From positions 1,036 to 65,035 of IMG/VR virus record IMGVR_UViG_3300045988_067813: a stretch of 64,000 nt of DNA. One strand, given 5' to 3'. The position numbers and the translations under genes were made by a program. Source of the stretch: a virus. Below, in pieces: positions 54,639 to 63,026 of the stretch (positions are counted from its first letter, which is position 1; each line of letters opens with the position of its first letter). Under the pieces are notes generated by a model. It ran no database searches and had not been told where the DNA came from. It was given only the letters and a program-made list of their open reading frames with translations.

Positions 54639-55715
54639 TTATTGTCCTCCAAAGCGAACACGTCCAAAACGGTTCACAGGTTGTTCTTCTTTGATTTCTG
54701 CTTTTTCTACCACAGGGTTAGCTTTTTCTAACAATGTAGCCAATTTAGCAAGTTGCTCATCTACAACATTTTCACTAGCTTCTTTTTCAGCCACTTTAGC
54801 TTTCAACTCAGCATTTTCTGTTTTAAGGGCTTCAACTTCTGTAGTCAACGCTTCGATAGATGCGATAGCTTGTGCTAATGTATCACCTTCAACAGTAGAT
54901 TGTTCTTCTTTAACTTCTTCTACTGCTGGTTTTTCAACTTCTGCAACTTCCTCTGTAGCAACTACTTCTTCTGTAATTGCTTCTTCTGTAGATACTTCTG
55001 CTGAAAGGTGAGCAAGCACTTTATCTAGAATTTCTTTCTTATTCAAGTGTTCTTCCTCATTTCTTACTAATAGTGATGGCTCATATCCACCACTCTTTGC
55101 ATTTCCTGGATTTCCCACAAAGGAGAATCCTGTAATTTCAATTTCGTCTGTGATTGGTACGTCAATATCCCCACCATGCTCAATGTTATAAACAACTAGC
55201 TTGGCATATTCTTCAATGTCACTGTCTTGTATCTCTTTAGCATACCACAGAAACTCTGATGAAATGGCAAAAGGCTCATCTTGTAAGATAAGGTCTTTCA
55301 TGTTGCTCAATTCTAGATTTACATGGGGTTTTACCAATAGGTCATAACGACCAGTCTCATCTTGTACCAATTTAAGGTCTGATTTTCTAAAATAACCTTC
55401 TCTAACAGGGTAAGAGTTTAAATCTCTGTGTCCTGTAGAGACATATCCTTCAAAAGTACCATCAATACTGTCATACCATTTCTTGAGTGTACCTTTACAC
55501 AAATACAAACGAATGGTGTCGTCTGTATAGAGCACAGAACCCTCTGATAGTAGTGTCATGTACCCTTCTGAATTATCAACCTTATCCACAGACAGACGTT
55601 CTACCTCTTGCTTGTGAGCTGAGAGGTTCATCATTGCATCAAGATTATCTTTCTTCTCAATATAGCTATTGATTTCATTCATAATTCTCTCTGCTATCTG
55701 TGTTTTAACTGGCAT
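54639..55715 (-). CDS. scaffolding protein (possibly protease-scaffold fusion)
   Basis: The C-terminal 130 aa is an acidic coiled-coil (EEVVATEEVAEVEKPAVEEVKEE...ALKTENAELKAKVAEKE), typical of scaffolds. The N-terminal 220 aa is globular and of unknown function. Confidence 0.5.
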   Translation of the reverse strand: MPVKTQIAERIMNEINSYIEKKDNLDAMMNLSAHKQEVERLSVDKVDNSEGYMTLLSEGSVLYTDDTIRLYLCKGTLKKWYDSIDGTFEGYVSTGHRDLNSYPVREGYFRKSDLKLVQDETGRYDLLVKPHVNLELSNMKDLILQDEPFAISSEFLWYAKEIQDSDIEEYAKLVVYNIEHGGDIDVPITDEIEITGFSFVGNPGNAKSGGYEPSLLVRNEEEHLNKKEILDKVLAHLSAEVSTEEAITEEVVATEEVAEVEKPAVEEVKEEQSTVEGDTLAQAIASIEALTTEVEALKTENAELKAKVAEKEASENVVDEQLAKLATLLEKANPVVEKAEIKEEQPVNRFGRVRFGGQ

Positions 55716-56041
55716 TAGTCAATAACCTCAAACAAATTGTACTTTAATTTTCTCACTTTCTTACCACCACAAGATGCACAATAGGAATACTCGTATGGAA
55801 CTCCATCTTTCTTCAATCCTGCTTCTGTTTCTGGTGTGAAAGGTAGTTGTTCTGTAGCTTCCTTAATACTTTCAAGAAGAACTTGGTCAGTAGTTGTATA
55901 CCAACCATTGCTCTCTTGATTGTTATCTGGGTAGAACTCAAAGAACTTACGTTGATTTTGAATAATACCACGTTCGTTTAAGAAGTTTACACGAACTACT
56001 AAATCACGTTGGAGAAAGCGAGCAACCCTAAACTTACTCAT
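55715..56041 (-). CDS. hypothetical protein with C-terminal CxxC
   Basis: 108-aa ORF containing YCASCGGKK. Confidence 0.4.
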   Translation of the reverse strand: MSKFRVARFLQRDLVVRVNFLNERGIIQNQRKFFEFYPDNNQESNGWYTTTDQVLLESIKEATEQLPFTPETEAGLKKDGVPYEYSYCASCGGKKVRKLKYNLFEVID

Positions 56042-56168
56042 TATCTACCACCTTAACTAATGTGCCCTCTGTAATCTTAGAGATGACATCAGATTCACGT
56101 CCAAATTGCTTTGCACGCACTTCACGGAGGTATTCTTCGTAAGTTTGACTTACTGTTTTAACTTCCAT
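56034..56168 (-). CDS. small ORF (44 aa, below the track cutoff)
   Basis: Own translation: MEVKTVSQTYEEYLREVRAKQFGRESDVISKITEGTLVKVVDNE. TAATG overlap with the upstream gene, and it overlaps the next start. Confidence 0.35.
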   Translation of the reverse strand: MEVKTVSQTYEEYLREVRAKQFGRESDVISKITEGTLVKVVDNE

Positions 56169-56452
56169 TATTTATCTCCAGCGTATGTAATAGGGAAACC
56201 ATAGCAATCAAACTCAGTATCTTTGAGTTTAACTTCTTCCACAGTGTAGTCGAATGAGTATTTATCCCCACAGCAGTAAGTAAATGATTTAAACTTGTTA
56301 TCTTCTACATCATAATACTGAACTTGCTCTTGACCAACTACAACTTTGCGTACTTGTGCTAGAATTGTTTCTGCCAATGGTGATTTGAACTCTTTAGTTT
56401 CACCAGCTACTTCTAGCTTTAAGTGCATAATTGGAACTTTAATCGTAGCCAT
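56168..56452 (-). CDS. hypothetical head-module protein
   Basis: Start moved to ATG 56452 (RBS aaaggagcatatacATG). Confidence 0.45.
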   Translation of the reverse strand: MATIKVPIMHLKLEVAGETKEFKSPLAETILAQVRKVVVGQEQVQYYDVEDNKFKSFTYCCGDKYSFDYTVEEVKLKDTEFDCYGFPITYAGDK

Positions 56453-56485
56453 GTATATGCTCCTTTCCATGAATGTTCTAATAAT

Positions 56486-56513
56486 AGTATAACAAAAAAA
56501 GAGAGTTTGACAA
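56486..56513 (-). promoter_or_regulatory. candidate internal promoter overlapping the terminator
   Basis: Minus strand reads TTGTCA (56513-56508, in the terminator loop), 16 nt, TATACT (56491-56486), preceded by TGT. Confidence 0.3.
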
Positions 56514-56518
56514 CTCTC
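56493..56518 (-). terminator. rho-independent terminator inside the head module
   Basis: Minus strand reads gagagtt-gtca-aactctc followed by ttttttt. Confidence 0.7.
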
Positions 56519-56529
56519 ATGACTTTTAG

Positions 56530-57114
56530 TTAGAACTCAATGTTAGAAATTACTTTTGCAGTACCATGTTCAAGTTTATACTTGTTGATAATATCCATAA
56601 TGTCTTCCATTGCTTGTGTATCAAAGGTAGTATCAAAGTCGTTAATGAACTCATCTTCCTTGATATGGATAACTCCACGTACCTCTGGTTTAGGTTTCTT
56701 ACCATCTTTTGCACCATTACCTATTACATAACCAATAACATAGTTAGCATAGATATGTCCTGATGATTGTTCCATCAAGGCACGTTGGTCAACCACAAAG
56801 GTGTATACTTTCTCAGTAGAGCCATCTTCCAATGTTTCAGTAGCAACTTTCACACGATTGTCAAAGGCTACGTCTACGTTCACAGCGTAAGAAGTACGAG
56901 GTGTACGAAGCATATTACCGTTAGCACCGATTGTAGGAATCTTTTGTGTAACGTTCATTTCTCCACCATTGATTAGCACTTCTGCATCAAGGTCTGTAAT
57001 TTCTGCATACTTACGAAGAGTATATACAGGTTTACCAGAACGTACATATTCAGGAGTAATCTTGCTACGTTTCTCATCTAAGAAACCAAGTACATCTGAA
57101 ATAAGGTTAGTCAT
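56530..57114 (-). CDS. hypothetical, probably abundant 194-aa protein
   Basis: CGT-rich, high-expression-type codon usage. Followed directly by a strong terminator. Confidence 0.5.
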   Translation of the reverse strand: MTNLISDVLGFLDEKRSKITPEYVRSGKPVYTLRKYAEITDLDAEVLINGGEMNVTQKIPTIGANGNMLRTPRTSYAVNVDVAFDNRVKVATETLEDGSTEKVYTFVVDQRALMEQSSGHIYANYVIGYVIGNGAKDGKKPKPEVRGVIHIKEDEFINDFDTTFDTQAMEDIMDIINKYKLEHGTAKVISNIEF

Positions 57115-57526
57115 CTAGTTTTCCTCCATGACGGTACATGTTTCTCAGTCCGTCTTTTTTGTCTTCAATGTTTGCTCTCTGCTTATCCACAGATAGGATT
57201 TGATATACATAAGGCTTAGGCTTACCATAGTCTGTCACATACTTACCTTGACTTTGTTCATCTAGGTTTAAGTAGTCATTATAGCTTGTGAAGGCTTTTT
57301 CATTAGCCAACTTAGCATAAATCACAGTAACATCAGGGTAGTACATTCTATCAAGAACATAGCCATAGTCCATATTGTACTCTTTACACAGAGTGAGAGC
57401 CATTTCTTCTACGTCATCAAGCTCAACTACTACCATATCCTCATAAGCTAGACCTTTATACTCATCTAGTGGTTTAATTGCCCCTTGAGTAAATGCCCAG
57501 TTATAACGGACTAGGTAACTAATCAA
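57107..57526 (-). CDS. hypothetical protein (start uncertain, TTG)
   Basis: 139-aa ORF. The only start near the 5' end is TTG, and there is no RBS. Confidence 0.35.
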   Translation of the reverse strand: MISYLVRYNWAFTQGAIKPLDEYKGLAYEDMVVVELDDVEEMALTLCKEYNMDYGYVLDRMYYPDVTVIYAKLANEKAFTSYNDYLNLDEQSQGKYVTDYGKPKPYVYQILSVDKQRANIEDKKDGLRNMYRHGGKLDD

Positions 57527-58064
57527 CTTGAAAAAATGAAGGGTTCTCTCTTAAGATTTTTCCACAGTTTTCAATGAGTGATACATCTGTGATATAAGCT
57601 GTAAGGTGTTCAGGAATACCTAGAACCTCTCCTACCAATTTCTCACAAGCATCAATCACGTTATCATCAAACACTTCATAGATTTTAAATAAATCATCTG
57701 GTGTGTAGATTTCTGTAGAGCCATCTTCTCTAAAGTCTGTGAAGGCAATAGAGATGATTGAAGCATAGTTACGAACCTTACGAGCAATACGAGGTGTAAT
57801 ATACTTTTCTTTAGCAGTGACCTCTTGTACATAGGCTTTACCATCTTGTACAATCTCAGCTCCAGCAGGAGCTTGACCAACAATAGGCAACCATAAAGTC
57901 ACAGTATAGTCTTTTGGAGTAATACTTCCAATCTTAGTGCTATCTCCATTTACCACAGAGTTTGTAGCTGTTTGGATAGCCACAGGAGCATCACTTTGGA
58001 CTGCATCTTGGAAGTTACCTTGGAGTTTTGCTAACTCCTCAATACTCATAATCTTACTTGTCAT
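57519..58064 (-). CDS. hypothetical head-module protein
   Basis: 181-aa ORF directly after the portal gene. Confidence 0.45.
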   Translation of the reverse strand: MTSKIMSIEELAKLQGNFQDAVQSDAPVAIQTATNSVVNGDSTKIGSITPKDYTVTLWLPIVGQAPAGAEIVQDGKAYVQEVTAKEKYITPRIARKVRNYASIISIAFTDFREDGSTEIYTPDDLFKIYEVFDDNVIDACEKLVGEVLGIPEHLTAYITDVSLIENCGKILRENPSFFQVD

Positions 58065-58071
58065 TTCTTAC

Positions 58072-59415
58072 CTACACAATCAAATTTTTCTTCAAATAGG
58101 CTTCTGCCATATTCTCATCAATACCTTTGAGTCTATCATAAACATCAAGGATATAAATGTCATTATTGTAGTTGTAGTTTGTTGTAAACTCATAACTATC
58201 AAACTTAATATGTTCTGTCAGCCCAGTAGCGTTTTGGAGCAACTTAACAATCTGCCCAATGAAGTGGTCACGCATTGGAATAATGGTGTTCTTCATAGAG
58301 TTATCAATGATACTGTAAGTACCAATGTTAGACACAGTTTTGTTAAGGTCAAAGAGACGTGCTGGAACTCCAAACATTTGACAGATAATAGCTGGAACAT
58401 ACTGTGATAGGTAGTCCAAGAAATCTGTAGCTTTTGTATCACGCTCAAGTTGCTCAAGGTTTTGGAAGTTTCCTGAATACACAATGGCATCATTGAACTC
58501 TGTCTCAGATAGCTTCTCTGCAAAAGCATTCATATCTTCCACAATCTTCTTGTTACGCTCTTCTTTGGCTTGTCTACCCATATCAAGTAAATCACCACTT
58601 CCGAAGGACGTACCTTGCTCTACACTTTCCTCAATCTGTTCTTCTAGTGTATCCTTGGCTTGCAATGCAATAGTACCAATACCATTCCTAGAAATATCAT
58701 AGTTCATACGATTCAGAATGTTGAGGATAAGTTCAACACGCTTACGGTCTTTAAGCAATGGAGACATACAGAATACTTGAGAGGTATCTAACCTCACACA
58801 AGCGAATTGGTCTTCTGTAACAACCATTACCTCATTCTTGAACCGTTTAGGGTCTTTTAGAATTTCCTTAATATCGTCCTCAGAATAATCACTAGCTACT
58901 CTAGGATTCCCTGTCTTGCGGTCATAAGGTGTCACAAAGATATTATTATTTTTAATCAAGTATGTAAGAGTCTGTCTAAGCACAGGCATCTTAGGATAAT
59001 CAATCACACAAGCAAGAATATCTTTAGGGTGAACTCCCACAAGACCATCACCAGTGTTTAGGATTCCATAATAACCATACTTACGATAGCCTTTGGCTAC
59101 TTGTTTTAACACATCATAGTTTCGCTGACCATTGTAGTTATGTGCATATAGATACTTTCTGAGTGTTTCGTCCTTAGTGAAGTCTTCTGTGGTTAGATAG
59201 TTTGTAAACATATAGTTCACAATGTTATCTAGGATATAATCAACATCAGGAAGGTCAAGAGCTAGTTTTTCAATGTCCTCTAGATTCTCACCTACTGGTG
59301 AACCTCTAAAACCTGAACTTTGAAAAATTAGCCTATCTTTATACTCAGCATTGAAGTATCTATCCATTGCACAAGAGCCACCACAGTCATCTTTTTTGCA
59401 CTTTCCACAGCTCAT
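58072..59415 (-). CDS. portal protein candidate with Cys-cluster N-terminus
   Basis: 447 aa, immediately downstream of the large terminase (TAATG overlap). N-terminus reads MSCGKCKKDDCGGSC. Confidence 0.6.
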   Translation of the reverse strand: MSCGKCKKDDCGGSCAMDRYFNAEYKDRLIFQSSGFRGSPVGENLEDIEKLALDLPDVDYILDNIVNYMFTNYLTTEDFTKDETLRKYLYAHNYNGQRNYDVLKQVAKGYRKYGYYGILNTGDGLVGVHPKDILACVIDYPKMPVLRQTLTYLIKNNNIFVTPYDRKTGNPRVASDYSEDDIKEILKDPKRFKNEVMVVTEDQFACVRLDTSQVFCMSPLLKDRKRVELILNILNRMNYDISRNGIGTIALQAKDTLEEQIEESVEQGTSFGSGDLLDMGRQAKEERNKKIVEDMNAFAEKLSETEFNDAIVYSGNFQNLEQLERDTKATDFLDYLSQYVPAIICQMFGVPARLFDLNKTVSNIGTYSIIDNSMKNTIIPMRDHFIGQIVKLLQNATGLTEHIKFDSYEFTTNYNYNNDIYILDVYDRLKGIDENMAEAYLKKNLIV

Positions 59416-61055
59416 TAAGAACCTCCAAGGTAGAATAACTCAGCTACATGTAATGATAGCAACACACTATCCAATTCATCAGGAGAGTGTTTTAACAATT
59501 TCTTAATTTCTGATTTAGGACGTATTTTAACCAATCTATCCTCTGGTTTCTGAATCTCAGACACAAAGGACATTTGACGACTAATACTATCCCACACAGA
59601 TTTAACAAACGATACCCTTTGTGCTTCCATCATACCTCTTAACATTAGGTGCATCTCTGCTCTTCTGTTATAGGCATATTCAGCACTAGGGTCTTTTGCC
59701 AATACTTTAATTTCTGTAGGTTTTCCACCAAAGTTAATGTCATACACAGGACACTTTAGCTTTCCACCCAGTCTTCTCATTTTCAGTGGTTGAACGATAT
59801 GTGCTCCTCCACCAGCATCTATACCAATAGCTTTGGCATTGAGTCTGTTAGCTAGAGTCACAATCTTATCAACAATTTCTATGGCAGTTATACCATCTAT
59901 CCACTCAGCAGGCTTAATATCTTTCGTATCTAGCACAGTGAAGTGATTATGCTTATCTACCACAGTAACAGTAACTTGAATACTGTCAGCACCCTTATAG
60001 GCACTATCCACACCAATGAAGTAATCATAGTCCTCTGATTTAGGGTCAAAGGAATCTAGCACATTAGGTGATGAATCAAAGAACGCTGAACGCTCTGTAG
60101 GAAACTCACACAGAAGGTTTTCACGAATAGAATCCTCTGTAATGGTGAACTGGGAACGCATAAGCTCTTCTTTGGTGTATCTGATACTACCCTCTTCAAT
60201 GGCTGTCACAACGTCAAGCCACATAACAAACTCATCCTCAGCTAAGTCCTCATTGGTCATGAAATCATAGAAGTTGTTAAGTGAACGAGGGTTAGAGATT
60301 AGATACATGATGAGCTTACGTCCATCATCAGACTCAAACTCCCTACGACCCATGTGACCAAGGGCTATAGGTGAAATATCTGATGCTTCATCTCCAAACA
60401 TATTACCACCACGACCAATGACGTGGATTTTAGATGGGTCAGTGAAGTTAGAACCAGCACTAAGACCCTCCAATTTACCTCCATTACGGAAGGTGAAACC
60501 CTCACTAGAGAATGAGGATAGACCACGTTTAAGTCGCTTATCTACTGCTGTTACGTCTTTCTCATCAAACGATAGCATAGCCTTAACATCAGGGTGAGCA
60601 TTTACCAAGATTTCTCTTGCGTGTTGGATAATGATACCAGAGTATTCTTGTGTTGAACCTACAGCATAACAGTTTTCACCTTCATATGCAAAGTGGTTAG
60701 ACATGATTCCACACAAGAATGACTTACCATAACGAGGAGTTGCCACACAGTAACCAGTCTTGTAATCACCACTTAAGAAAGCTCCAAATTGGACTGCTTG
60801 AGACCACCAAAGCTCTAAATTAAACTCAGAAAGGGCTGTTGTAAACCCTAACTTGTAATATTCAAGCTCTTTCTTAAAGCCATGTCTTTCTCGAATGGTA
60901 TTACGCTTAAAGTGTTTAGGGATTTTACCCTTCACAGCATCTTTAAGTTGGTCTTGTGGGGTTACTTGGTCAAGAAGTATAGATAGCTTCTCACGATTGG
61001 AGAGTACCTTACGCTTTTGAATAAGTGACCCAACATCTGCATCTTGGGTGTGCAT
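59415..61055 (-). CDS. terminase large subunit
   Basis: Walker A ATPRYGKS, 546 aa, strong RBS (ggaggagatatagtctATG), followed by the portal gene. Confidence 0.8.
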   Translation of the reverse strand: MHTQDADVGSLIQKRKVLSNREKLSILLDQVTPQDQLKDAVKGKIPKHFKRNTIRERHGFKKELEYYKLGFTTALSEFNLELWWSQAVQFGAFLSGDYKTGYCVATPRYGKSFLCGIMSNHFAYEGENCYAVGSTQEYSGIIIQHAREILVNAHPDVKAMLSFDEKDVTAVDKRLKRGLSSFSSEGFTFRNGGKLEGLSAGSNFTDPSKIHVIGRGGNMFGDEASDISPIALGHMGRREFESDDGRKLIMYLISNPRSLNNFYDFMTNEDLAEDEFVMWLDVVTAIEEGSIRYTKEELMRSQFTITEDSIRENLLCEFPTERSAFFDSSPNVLDSFDPKSEDYDYFIGVDSAYKGADSIQVTVTVVDKHNHFTVLDTKDIKPAEWIDGITAIEIVDKIVTLANRLNAKAIGIDAGGGAHIVQPLKMRRLGGKLKCPVYDINFGGKPTEIKVLAKDPSAEYAYNRRAEMHLMLRGMMEAQRVSFVKSVWDSISRQMSFVSEIQKPEDRLVKIRPKSEIKKLLKHSPDELDSVLLSLHVAELFYLGGS

Positions 61056-61689
61056 AGACTATATCTCCTCCAGTATAGCTTAATTGCTCAACAATGCCCA
61101 CAGAAGGAGCTACTGCTGAAAAACTTTCTGTCACAGGTATAGTCAGTCCATTCATAGCTAAACAAGTAGGGCAAGTATTAGAATCACCAATACAGTTCCA
61201 TGTTTTTAGAATGGAGTTCTCTGTAACAAGCTCAAATAACTTGGCACTTTCCACAGAAGCCTTTTCAATACCCATTTGGACTTCACTTAAAGCCAATCGC
61301 TCTAGGTTACTGCTGAACTCTTTGATAATATCATCAAAGCTCACAGTATCAATAGAATCAATCAGTTTGGCTCTAAGGTCACTAGCATGAGCATCTAAGA
61401 TTTCTTTCAGTCTGCCATAGTTGCTTCTTGCAAAAGCAGAAGTATTCACACCGTTTCTAATTTCAATTACTTCCTCTGGTGCTAAATCCACACCAAGCGC
61501 ATCAAGGATATAATCAATCTCGTCTAAGAACACAGTTGAATACATGTCAATCAAGTACCCAATTAGGGAAGATTCAGCACTTATGTAATCTCCACTCACT
61601 ACAACGGAGTTCACAAAGGCTTGAAGCAAGGATACTATCTCATCATAATGCTTTTGGAAGAGGTCTTCTCTAGGACTGTGTGATGCCAT
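61009..61689 (-). CDS. MuF/SPP1 gp7-like head morphogenesis protein
   Basis: TCPTCLAMNG and C-terminal HPRCRCW, both characteristic of the gp7/MuF family as I recall it. Confidence 0.6.
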   Translation of the reverse strand: MASHSPREDLFQKHYDEIVSLLQAFVNSVVVSGDYISAESSLIGYLIDMYSTVFLDEIDYILDALGVDLAPEEVIEIRNGVNTSAFARSNYGRLKEILDAHASDLRAKLIDSIDTVSFDDIIKEFSSNLERLALSEVQMGIEKASVESAKLFELVTENSILKTWNCIGDSNTCPTCLAMNGLTIPVTESFSAVAPSVGIVEQLSYTGGDIVYAHPRCRCWVTYSKA

Positions 61690-62048
61690 TACATATCTCC
61701 AAACAACTCGTCAAGTTTGGCTTTGGTGTAGTTTTTAAGCTCATCAACACCATCTTTAGTATCATGGTTCACATTGACTGTAGTTTGTGTAGCTTTACCT
61801 TCAATACGGTCAGCCCACTCTTTACGCTCATAGCTATCCTCGAAGGAAGCCATAATCTGTAACATTGCATTTTTAGCTACTGGAGTGCAAGGAGGAATTT
61901 GGGAATAGACCTCAAAGCCAACTTCGCTAAGTAATGTTTCATCTACGTCAATTAGACCCCAACGCATTTGGTAAAGCTCTAGTGACTTTTCATCAAGCAA
62001 GCTTAACTCTCTCATAGTCTCAGAGTATAATTTTGATTTACTAGCCAT
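61689..62048 (-). CDS. hypothetical protein (possible small terminase, positional only)
   Basis: 119-aa ORF, the first protein gene after the tRNAs. Confidence 0.3.
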   Translation of the reverse strand: MASKSKLYSETMRELSLLDEKSLELYQMRWGLIDVDETLLSEVGFEVYSQIPPCTPVAKNAMLQIMASFEDSYERKEWADRIEGKATQTTVNVNHDTKDGVDELKNYTKAKLDELFGDM

Positions 62049-62074
62049 TATCTTTACCTTTCTAAAAATTTAAT

Positions 62075-62147
62075 ACACCCTACTGGACTTGAACCAGTGA
62101 CACTACGCTTAGAAGGCGTATGCTCTATCCAACTGAGCTAAGAGTGT
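62075..62147 (-). tRNA. tRNA-Arg(UCU): tRNA-Arg (anticodon UCU)
   Basis: Minus strand: acactct ta gctc agttggata gagc a tacgc cuUCUaa gcgta gtgtc actgg ttcaagt ccagt agggtgt. Full cloverleaf, 73 nt, no encoded CCA. Confidence 0.9.
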
Positions 62148-62149
62148 GT

Positions 62150-62169
62150 ATGGTGGGAAATACCACCAT
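62150..62169 (-). other. 7-bp hairpin between the tRNA 3' half and tRNA-Arg
   Basis: atggtgg-tatttc-ccaccat on the minus strand, 2 nt upstream of tRNA-Arg. No T run follows. Confidence 0.4.
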
Positions 62170-62204
62170 TTAGTATTCACAAGAGTGATACCTATCAACC
62201 AAAA

Positions 62205-62244
62205 GTGCGTAGTGGGATTTGAACCCACGAATTATCCAAACACA
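62205..62244 (-). pseudogene. 3' half of a split tRNA (anticodon-stem 3' strand, variable loop, T arm, acceptor 3' strand)
   Basis: Minus strand: tgtgtt tggat aattc gtggg ttcaaat cccac tacgcac. The acceptor and anticodon-stem strands are perfect complements of the 5' half at 63033-63064. Confidence 0.75.
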
Positions 62245-62247
62245 TAA

Positions 62248-62318
62248 GAGCGTAGAGGGATTTGAACCCCCGTTGGTGAGGTTGCAGCTCACAGCCTTAA
62301 CCACTTGGCTATACGCTC
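62248..62318 (-). tRNA. tRNA-Cys(GCA): tRNA-Cys (anticodon GCA)
   Basis: Minus strand: gagcgta ta gcca agtggtta aggc t gtgag cuGCAac ctcac caac ggggg ttcaaat ccctc tacgctc. 71 nt, followed by a U discriminator. Its 5' end overlaps the HNH stop by 10 nt. Confidence 0.9.
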
Positions 62319-62980
62319 AGTAGAAACGACTTAATCTCTTTGCTCTTCACAGGTAAATCTCTCTTAGCCAACCACTTCCTGTAGGCATTATCACTAACAC
62401 CATACTTAGATGCTAACTTAACAAGAGATTCTTTAGACAGTAGGTCTTTAATAAGGTCTTCTCTAGTAGGTATGTTCTTCGCCTTTTCTGCATTATAACA
62501 ATCAAGACAAAATATACCACTAGTTAAATCACCACAGATAGTACATTTATTCCTCTTGTTAGTCCACAAAGTAGACTCTCTTTGGATATACTCATCTCCC
62601 TTAATATATTTATCAGGAAGCATATCATTGTCAGTGATTCTATATCCAGACCTAGACCTTGAAGTGAGTTCACCTAATGTATTTATGTTGTTTATGTTAT
62701 CTCTTGGAGTAACTCTTCTAAGATTTGTATAGTGGTTATTAAGCTTATTGCCATCAATATGGTCAATCTGTAGTCCATCAGACTTATCAAAATGACCTAT
62801 ATTTACCCAATAACTTAGAAAATGAGCTGACCTTTGGATAGTCTTACCATTTACTCTAAGTCTATACATTGCATAACCTCTTGAGTTTACATAAGGTTTT
62901 AGTTTCTTAACCTTGCGTCCAAGCAAGCTGAATACTTCACCGTATTCATTTACAACATAGTTTTCATTATAGTGATACAC
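62309..62980 (-). CDS. HNH homing endonuclease
   Basis: GLQIDHIDGNKLNNHYTNLRRVTPRDNINN (the HNH core), an N-terminal YGEVFS...GYAMYRL (NUMOD4-like) and a C-terminal helix-turn-helix-like tail. GTG start after an AGGAGA RBS. Confidence 0.8.
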   Translation of the reverse strand: MYHYNENYVVNEYGEVFSLLGRKVKKLKPYVNSRGYAMYRLRVNGKTIQRSAHFLSYWVNIGHFDKSDGLQIDHIDGNKLNNHYTNLRRVTPRDNINNINTLGELTSRSRSGYRITDNDMLPDKYIKGDEYIQRESTLWTNKRNKCTICGDLTSGIFCLDCYNAEKAKNIPTREDLIKDLLSKESLVKLASKYGVSDNAYRKWLAKRDLPVKSKEIKSFLLSV

Positions 62981-63026
62981 TGCAACTGTCTCCTATATCT
63001 GATTATTTAATTAAGCCCTTTATTTT

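Noticed and set aside
7378-61862. Alternative-frame or antisense ORFs inside other supported genes. Same-strand examples: 7378-7560, 12144-12356, 19978-20160, 25039-25251, 26918-27139. Opposite-strand examples in the late block: 25525-25758, 26953-27147, 29307-29627, 31189-31548, 32969-33172, 40430-40642, 41328-41537, 43045-43227, 43771-44022, 44269-44487, 44490-48107 series, 48969-49253, 49222-49446, 50300-50548, 52389-52580, 52931-53164, 53422-53619, 54059-55011 series, 55487-55672, 56540-56976 series, 57656-58407 series, 58293-58702, 61094-61862 series, 63212-63442.
   Set aside because: They overlap longer ORFs that carry recognisable motifs or fit the operon structure. They show no independent start signals.
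62205-62247. Reading the 3' half plus the upstream 7 nt (atgtgtt) as an intact anticodon loop of a tRNA-His(GUG).
   Set aside because: Position 37 would be U, there is no G at -1, the discriminator is U rather than C, and there is no 5' half adjacent. The matching 5' half lies 790 nt away.
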